From positions 25,004 to 37,748 of the forward strand of contig JBDGQO010000001.1 in the NCBI GenBank assembly GCA_042219045.1: a stretch of DNA of 12,745 nt, in the 5' to 3' direction. The position numbers and the translations under genes are program-made. The first letter of the stretch is position 1, and every line of letters starts with the position of its first letter. The DNA is from Candidatus Bipolaricaulia bacterium. Its GTDB lineage: Bacteria; Bipolaricaulota; Bipolaricaulia; RBG-16-55-9. Below are positions 7,779 through 12,745 of the stretch, in pieces. The notes beneath the pieces are model-generated. The model was not told the origin of the DNA and did not search any database. It worked only from the letters and a program-made list of their open reading frames with translations.

Positions 7779-7807
7779 TGAACCGTTTCAGCCGTTTCGT
7801 CACGCAC
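7779..7807 (+). promoter_or_regulatory. Putative ECF sigma-dependent promoter of the 57-aa ORF
   Basis: TGAACC (7779-7784)-N17-ACGCAC (7802-7807). The same motif and spacing occur upstream of the ECF sigma gene (12093-12121, minus). Confidence 0.6.
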
Positions 7808-7842
7808 TCGGACGACACCCCTGAAACGCAAAGGAGATGCGC

Positions 7843-8016
7843 ATGTTTGGTCATTGTTCCGTCGATCGTGTGTGTGCCCAAGCCAAGATAGACGAATTGC
7901 GTAACGACGCGCAGGCCTATCGCCTGGGCAAGCAGATGCTTCATGAGCGCCGAGCTTCCGCGGTCGCCCGATGGGTGCACGGCGTTCGGCATGCCCTAAG
8001 CGCGGTTCTCGCTTAA
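7843..8016 (+). CDS. Putative 57-aa small basic helical protein, MFGHCSVDRVCAQAKIDELRNDAQAYRLGKQMLHERRASAVARWVHGVRHALSAVLA
   Basis: AAAGGAG lies 6 nt before ATG 7843, with TAA at 8014-8016. A candidate promoter is upstream and a hairpin downstream. The KIDELRNDA--YRL segment and amphipathic C-terminal helix resemble small uncharacterised proteins I recall from Actinobacteria/Chloroflexi (recollection only). Confidence 0.7.
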   Translation: MFGHCSVDRVCAQAKIDELRNDAQAYRLGKQMLHERRASAVARWVHGVRHALSAVLA

Positions 8017-8050
8017 GTCCACCTCCTTACTGAGCCTCTGCAAATCGGTT

Positions 8051-8094
8051 GGGCGATGGGTCGGCCCCTCACTCGGGGACGGCCCGTCGTCTTT
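8051..8094 (+). terminator. G-U-rich hairpin after the 57-aa ORF (probable terminator)
   Basis: GGGCGATGGGTCG (8051-8063) pairs with CGGCCCGTCGTCT (8080-8092) using four G-U pairs that form only on the + strand. Inner CCCC/GGGG stem; short T run follows. Confidence 0.5.
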
Positions 8095-8134
8095 CCCATC
8101 ACCCGTCAGAGTTGGAATTGCCAGAGGAGAGCAC

Positions 8135-8157
8135 GGGCACGGCCTCAGGCCGTGCCC
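8135..8157. terminator. Perfect GC-rich palindrome between convergent transcription units; likely terminator of the ECF operon
   Basis: GGGCACGGCC-TCA-GGCCGTGCCC, about 50 bp downstream of the beta-barrel gene stop. Confidence 0.55.
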
Positions 8158-8206
8158 ATTGACGTTGGCTTGGAGTTAAAAGGGTCGGTCACGGCGCGGT
8201 CAGTTG

Positions 8207-9013
8207 TCAGTTGCCGAAGATCAGCGTGACTCGTGCTACGGGGAAAAGCTTGTTCTGCAGCGGCCCGCCCGGCGTCACGGTGCCTTCGCTGATCCTCCAG
8301 TCGCTGAAGCTGAGCGTGGCCCCCACGCCGCCGCTCAGCTTGATGCCGGCGAAGGGCAACAGCTTATACTCGACGCTCGCGTACGGCATGCCCAGCCAGA
8401 ACGGGCGCTCCATCTCTAGGGTCGTGGGTTCGGTTGCGACCTCGCTGAACGAGCCGTTCACGTTGCGTGACAGCGTCAGCGTCCAGCTGCCGCGGCCGAG
8501 GAGTGCGCCTAGGCTCACGCCGAAGCCCTTGTCCTCGGCGACCAGACTTTCAATCTGGAGCCCGCCCATGCCGAGTTCGAGTTTCGCCTGGTCGAAGGCG
8601 GAGTTCTCGCTGGCGGGGGCGGTCCAGCTTCCGCCGCCTCCGGCGCCGCCCGTCCGGAATGGCCGACCGCCGAAGCCGCTGCCGCCTTGGAGCAGATAGA
8701 CCGAGCGATCCCCGAGCTGCAGGTCGCTGTCAAACTCGCCAACGCCGTTCAAGGCCTGTTCCAGCTCGTCTAGCTTGAAGAACGCCATCCAGAAGCTCGG
8801 TCCACCGCCACCGATGTAGGCGCGACTGCTCGTGTCGATCTCCGGGATATCTACCTGGAACGATTCCGTCTGAACGTCATCCGGGGTCTCCTGGGCAGCC
8901 CAACGGATCGACTTGGCAGTGTCGGTTTCGGCGGAGCCGGAAACCGCCGCGAACACAAGCGTACCAGCGAAAATTGTCGCAAACGTCCATCCGCGCATTT
9001 TTGCCAGGCGCAT
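8207..9013 (-). CDS. Exported glycine-rich protein, predicted small outer-membrane beta-barrel
   Basis: Start reassigned to ATG 9013 (GAGGAGGAG 8 nt upstream). Signal peptide MRLAKMRGWTFATIFAGTLVFAAVSGSA. Alternating Gly/hydrophobic strands (LELGMGGLQIE, VSLGALLGRGSWTLTL, MPYASVEYKL, GIKLSGGVG) and a beta-signal-like C-terminus VARVTLIFGN. 268 aa. Confidence 0.7.
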   Translation of the reverse strand: MRLAKMRGWTFATIFAGTLVFAAVSGSAETDTAKSIRWAAQETPDDVQTESFQVDIPEIDTSSRAYIGGGGPSFWMAFFKLDELEQALNGVGEFDSDLQLGDRSVYLLQGGSGFGGRPFRTGGAGGGGSWTAPASENSAFDQAKLELGMGGLQIESLVAEDKGFGVSLGALLGRGSWTLTLSRNVNGSFSEVATEPTTLEMERPFWLGMPYASVEYKLLPFAGIKLSGGVGATLSFSDWRISEGTVTPGGPLQNKLFPVARVTLIFGN

Positions 9014-9098
9014 TTTGGGGCTCCTCCTCATCAATGATGTGCTGAGTTTCCAGTGTTCTGAGAATGACGACCCGAGCGCGTCGTCGCCATCCGTGGCC

Positions 9099-10229
9099 CT
9101 ACTGCGAAGCCGTGTCGGGAAACACGATCTGGATGTCGCCCAGTTGTGTCTTCAAGTTGAGCATGGCTTGGGCGCCGCTCGGATTGAGGTCGATCGACTC
9201 GCCGAGCCACGATCCGCCTCGTTGCAAGGACGAACGGTACGGCTGCGGCAATCGAAGGACGTCGACACGACCGGCTTGAGTGGAAGCCCGAATACGGGGT
9301 ACATTGCCCGATGGCAGCCTCACTTCGATCTCGCCCCATTGGTTGCGAACGTCGGCCTGAAAGACTCGATTGGCCTGCAGGTCGATCTCGCCCATCTGGG
9401 ACGACAAATCGAGCTCCCTGACGTCGGCTCTTATGACGTCGATCTCGCCCAGCTGGGTGGAGACGTCGAGGCTCTGCCCCTGGACGTCCTTGACGTTGAC
9501 CTCGCCGGCCTGAGTGTTGATCTCGGCCTGACCGAACTGGACGTCGGCGACACGGGCTTGGCCCGCGCTCGAGTGCAAGGCCAGCTCGTTGCCCACGGAG
9601 GACTCGACAACCGCGAGCGTGCCCACCTCGCTGCGCAGGCTCAGCGAGGTGGTGTCCGCGTTGCGAACCTCGATCCCGCCCACATTCGTTGTGGCGGTGA
9701 GGTCGCCGCGGAAGTCGTTGACGACGATCGATCCCAAGTTCTGCTTCAGATTGACGGCCGCTTCCTGGGGAAGCTGAATCTGGAAATCGACCCAGCCGAC
9801 CGGTCGGCCATCCAACTGCTGCCAATTCCTGTCGGGGGCGTTGCGGACCGAATCGATTGCCGTCGTCACGCGAATCCGAATTTCGTCCGAGGTCGAGCTG
9901 GTCTTGATCTGGAGGTCATCCAGCTCCATGGCCTTGACGTTCTTGGCGGCATCGACCCGGATCTTGGGCCGAACGGCGACGTAGCCGGGATCTTCAGTGG
10001 TCTTGATCTCTATTTCGCCGATCGGATTGTGCACCACCAATCGTTGCCCGGAGAATGGGATGTCCAACTTGACCGTCTCGCTCGCGTCTGGGTTAGCCAT
10101 GTCGACGTTGGCGGAGACGTTGAGCTGGTCGAGGGCGATCTCCTCCAGCTCGCAACCGGCGGCTACCGTCATGACTGCCAAGCCGAGGAGAACGGTCAGC
10201 AGGCGACGCGAGGCGATGGGGATGGTCAT
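9099..10229 (-). CDS. Lipoprotein with DUF4097 / putative-adhesin beta-solenoid repeats
   Basis: Lipobox VAAG-C. About 20-aa repeats: TTNVGGIEV, RSEVGTLAV, HSSAGQARV, NTQAGEVNV, STQLGEIDV, SSQMGEIDL, RNQWGEIEV, STQAGRVDV, KTQLGDIQI. AAGGAG RBS and an ATGA overlap with the anti-sigma stop. Confidence 0.85.
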   Translation of the reverse strand: MTIPIASRRLLTVLLGLAVMTVAAGCELEEIALDQLNVSANVDMANPDASETVKLDIPFSGQRLVVHNPIGEIEIKTTEDPGYVAVRPKIRVDAAKNVKAMELDDLQIKTSSTSDEIRIRVTTAIDSVRNAPDRNWQQLDGRPVGWVDFQIQLPQEAAVNLKQNLGSIVVNDFRGDLTATTNVGGIEVRNADTTSLSLRSEVGTLAVVESSVGNELALHSSAGQARVADVQFGQAEINTQAGEVNVKDVQGQSLDVSTQLGEIDVIRADVRELDLSSQMGEIDLQANRVFQADVRNQWGEIEVRLPSGNVPRIRASTQAGRVDVLRLPQPYRSSLQRGGSWLGESIDLNPSGAQAMLNLKTQLGDIQIVFPDTASQ

Positions 10230-11494
10230 GGGGAACTCCTTGAGGTCCGCGCGTCGGGGAGTTGCAGCCCGTCCGGGTAGATATCGCTACGGTAAATGAA
10301 GATTGAGGACGACGAAGCCAGCCGTGGCTGCGTCGGCATGTAGGCGGCCAATAGGGTATTTTCGTCTTTCATCTCGTAAAGGTAGATCGACAGGTTGCTA
10401 TCGTCCTTGCCGCTGGTCAGGTGATAGCGCGTCGTCGGGATCCGCTGATCGTCGCTCGACAGCGTTACGGGCTCCACGCTCTGGATCGTCATCGTCTCCA
10501 TGCGCAGCGCCTGAGGCGTCAGCGCGGTCAGCTTCAAATCGGGCGGCTCCACCTCTTCCGTCGACAGCTGACTGGAAATGAGCTGGTGCATGAGCGCGAA
10601 GTGGCTCATGACGCTGAAGTCGTAGAGCACGGGGGTGCCCTCGTTGCCGAGTTGGACGATGCGCCGATTGAGCCGCTGGCCCTCCGGCGTCATCCTGCAA
10701 CAGACGCGCATGATCGCCTGGTTGTCCTGGAACTCGGCTTCCGCGCGGCTCCCCTGATAGACCAACGGGCCCTGAAGGCTGTAGGACAGCGGTTGGAAAT
10801 CGGACGTCAGCTGCATGCGCTGGCTCGCGGACAGCTCGTCGGCTTGGATGTTCGACGTCAGCAGGAGTTGGTTCTCTGTCTCGGCGGAGCGCTCCAGCGT
10901 GAACGACTCGGTCTCCTTCGTCTGCCCGCCGATCCGCATGGTGAACTCGCCGTCCAGGAGGACTTCACGCGCAAACGCGAAGTACTTATCCGTGGTCCGA
11001 TAGGCTTTCTGCTCGGCCCCCGTAAAGTCGCCGATGATCGTCCGCTCCAAGCCGAGCTGGGTGCTCAGGACGACGCCGACCGCGATAAACAGAACCGCGA
11101 ACGCCGGCATGGCCACGAGCCGACGCGGCCTCATGAGGCCCCTGAGCCACTCCAGGAAGCTGGGACGGTCCGGTTCCGAAGGCGACCTCGAGGGACGCCG
11201 CGATGGGCTTGACGGCTGTGGCGCGCTTGATTGGCGATTCGGGAGGCGCTCCCGCGCGTCCTCGTCGAGCGACTCTCGGGAGGTCTCCGGCTCCAGCAGG
11301 GTGGCAAACTGCAGCCCCTTCAATTCCTCGAGCTCGTCGCGGCACTCCGCGCAGCTCTGGAGGTGACGCTCGACGTCAGTGCGCTCGTCGGCCTCCAGGG
11401 TGTCGTTGAGATACCACGGCAGAAGCTCCTGGATCGCCTCGTGGCGATTGCGGCCTTCGTCTTCCGGCGTCAAAGGCCCTTGGCGATCTGCCAT
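10226..11494 (-). CDS. Membrane-bound zinc-binding anti-sigma factor (zf-HC2/ZAS) with a large extracytoplasmic domain
   Basis: HEAIQELLPWYLNDTL...VERHLQSCAEC (HxxxCxxC), a Ser/Pro-rich linker, one TM helix (LVAMPAFAVLFIAVGVVL) and a ~275-aa beta-rich C-terminal domain. AAAGGAG RBS; overlaps the sigma gene by 25 bp. Confidence 0.9.
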   Translation of the reverse strand: MADRQGPLTPEDEGRNRHEAIQELLPWYLNDTLEADERTDVERHLQSCAECRDELEELKGLQFATLLEPETSRESLDEDARERLPNRQSSAPQPSSPSRRPSRSPSEPDRPSFLEWLRGLMRPRRLVAMPAFAVLFIAVGVVLSTQLGLERTIIGDFTGAEQKAYRTTDKYFAFAREVLLDGEFTMRIGGQTKETESFTLERSAETENQLLLTSNIQADELSASQRMQLTSDFQPLSYSLQGPLVYQGSRAEAEFQDNQAIMRVCCRMTPEGQRLNRRIVQLGNEGTPVLYDFSVMSHFALMHQLISSQLSTEEVEPPDLKLTALTPQALRMETMTIQSVEPVTLSSDDQRIPTTRYHLTSGKDDSNLSIYLYEMKDENTLLAAYMPTQPRLASSSSIFIYRSDIYPDGLQLPDARTSRSSP

Positions 11495-12072
11495 AGCTCA
11501 TCTCCTTTCAGGCCCCGTTGGTCAAGGCGATGCTTGAGCTGCCTTTTGGCGTAATACATGCGGCTTTTGACGGTGCCGGGTTCGATGCCTAACGTGTCGG
11601 CAATCTCCCTGTAGCTCATGCCCTCTTGGAACGTCATCGTCACGACGTCGCGATGCTCGTCGGACAGATCTCCGAGCGCACTCTGCACATGACTCACGAG
11701 CGAGTCCTGCCCCACGGCGTGCTCGACGGCGTGCTCCGGCCGACTGGTCGTCTCTTGCACGGGCTCGCCGTCCTCGCGGTCGCCGGACTCAAAGACCGCC
11801 TGTTGGCGGTTCTTGGCACGGTTCCATTCGAGCAGCTTGCGATAGCCGATGCCGAAGATCCACGTGGAGGCGCGCGAGGTGCCGTTGAACTGGCCGGCCT
11901 TTTCCCAGACGAGCATCATGGTGTCCTGGATGAGCTCCTCGGCGGCGTCGTGATCTCGGGTCTTGCGCAGGAAGAACGAGAGCAGGCGCCGGTGATAGCG
12001 TTCGTAAAGCTCGGCGAACGCGTTCTCGTCGCCCACCTCGACTCCGGCGATCAGTTCGGCGTCCCGGTCCAC
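11470..12072 (-). CDS. ECF-type (group 4) sigma-70 RNA polymerase sigma factor
   Basis: GTG start after GAGGAGG. Region 2: GDENAFAELYERY, AAEELIQDTM, ASTWIFGIGYRK. Region 4: LSDEHRDVV, GMSYREIADTLGIEPGTVKSRMYYAK. 200 aa. Confidence 0.96.
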   Translation of the reverse strand: MDRDAELIAGVEVGDENAFAELYERYHRRLLSFFLRKTRDHDAAEELIQDTMMLVWEKAGQFNGTSRASTWIFGIGYRKLLEWNRAKNRQQAVFESGDREDGEPVQETTSRPEHAVEHAVGQDSLVSHVQSALGDLSDEHRDVVTMTFQEGMSYREIADTLGIEPGTVKSRMYYAKRQLKHRLDQRGLKGDELWQIAKGL

Positions 12073-12092
12073 CGTCTCGCCTCCTCGCTCAG

Positions 12093-12129
12093 GTGCATGT
12101 CATCCGACGGGCATCGGTTCATTTTACCA
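12093..12129 (-). promoter_or_regulatory. Putative autoregulatory ECF promoter, abutting a sigma70-type extended -10
   Basis: Minus strand reads TGAACC (12121-12116)-N17-ATGCAC (12098-12093) just upstream of the RBS. TGgTAAAAT (12129-12121) shares its last base with the ECF -35. Confidence 0.6.
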
Positions 12130-12240
12130 AGAGGCCTCGCCATTCCGAACCGCGGTTTGTTTCCATCGGGATGAGAATGCCTGGGCATTGGTGGCGTTGC
12201 GCGCCATGACCCGATAGGGTTTGTGAGAGGAGGAATGCAT

Positions 12241-12498
12241 ATGCTCGGCGGACTTGGCGGACCGGAACTTCTAGTCGTGTTGGCCATCGTGCTCTTGCTG
12301 TTCGGGGGCAACAAGCTCCCAGAAGTGGCCCAATCCATGGGCCAAGCGATGCGCTCCTTCAAGCAAGAGGCCAACAAGATGCAACGCGAAGTCGACGCGG
12401 AAACGGATGCCTCGGATGAGACGGAGGCGTCCGAGGACGAGGAGACCGACCGACAAGCGACAAGCGCTCAGCAGACCTCTGAACGTAGCGCCTCGTGA
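12241..12498 (+). CDS. tatA: Twin-arginine translocase subunit TatA/E
   Basis: AGGAGG lies 7 nt before ATG 12241. MLGGLGGPELLVVLAIVLLLFGGNKLPEVAQSMGQAMRSFK gives the TM helix, FG hinge and amphipathic helix, followed by an acidic tail. 85 aa. Confidence 0.95.
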   Translation: MLGGLGGPELLVVLAIVLLLFGGNKLPEVAQSMGQAMRSFKQEANKMQREVDAETDASDETEASEDEETDRQATSAQQTSERSAS

Positions 12499-12509
12499 GC
12501 CGGCGAGGC

Positions 12510-12745
12510 ATGTCGACGGATGAGCAACGAGAGCTGAAGCCCCATCTCGTCAAGCTGCTCCGCGGCGGCAACGCGCACGTTGGCTTCGACGGTGCCGTCC
12601 GCGACATTGATTCCGAGCTAGCGGGGAAGGGGACAGCGCAGCTCGCTCGCACCCCGTGGCAGGTCGTGGAGCACATGCGCATCTGCCAACGCGACATCCT
12701 CGACTACCTGACGGCCGATCGCTATGACGAGCCCGCGTTCCCGGA
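12510..12745 (+). CDS. DinB-family (DinB/YfiT superfamily) protein, 3'-truncated by the window edge
   Basis: Hand translation: MSTDEQRELKPHLVKLLRGGNAHVGFDGAV...TPWQVVEHMRICQRDILDY...PAFP. The GGxAH and PWQxxEHxRIxQxDIL motifs are typical. An alternative in-frame GTG at 12495 overlaps the tatA stop. Confidence 0.85.
   Translation, partial: MSTDEQRELKPHLVKLLRGGNAHVGFDGAVRDIDSELAGKGTAQLARTPWQVVEHMRICQRDILDYLTADRYDEPAFP

Noticed and set aside
7654..7992. 112-aa minus-strand ORF
   Set aside because: The perfect SD at 8020-8029 is 27 nt from its ATG, too far to serve it. The ORF runs through a strong hairpin and overlaps the better-supported + strand 57-aa ORF.
8135..8157. Palindrome as a REP element or CRISPR repeat
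   Set aside because: Single copy, no GTAG tetranucleotide, no RAYT transposase or cas gene and no spacers; a terminator is the simpler reading.
8913..12174. + strand ORFs 8913..10280, 10421..11212 and 11626..12174
   Set aside because: Antisense shadows of the lipoprotein, anti-sigma and sigma genes; their apparent periodicity mirrors the real genes.

Overview
High-GC bacterial chromosomal segment with no rRNA, tRNA, CRISPR array or mobile element. Several proteins are acidic, and the combination of a lipoprotein, a predicted outer-membrane beta-barrel, TatA and heme A synthase suggests a diderm, probably aerobic and possibly halophilic organism; a Bipolaricaulota-like affiliation is only an impression. 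In window order the genes are: an S9 acylaminoacyl/dipeptidyl peptidase (-, 3' end just outside the window and therefore absent from the ORF track); a YghO/bCerS-like GNAT acyltransferase (-); an unannotated 29-aa hydrophobic ORF (-); a secreted PKD-domain surface protein (-); heme A synthase CtaA (-); a cold-shock protein with a near-consensus sigma70 promoter and long structured leader (+); a very acidic PD-(D/E)XK-like protein (+); an unannotated 57-aa ORF (+); a four-gene ECF module (-), transcribed as sigma factor, zf-HC2 anti-sigma, DUF4097-type lipoprotein and beta-barrel protein; tatA (+); and a truncated DinB-family gene (+). The most notable signal is a bipartite motif, TGAACCG-N15-CAYGCAC, found with identical spacing upstream of both the ECF sigma gene and the convergent 57-aa ORF. 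That ORF's 3' UTR starts with a perfect anti-Shine-Dalgarno sequence and folds into alternative hairpins. Together these suggest a compact ECF regulon with a small-protein or regulatory-RNA output. All family assignments come from motif recognition by eye, not from database searches.
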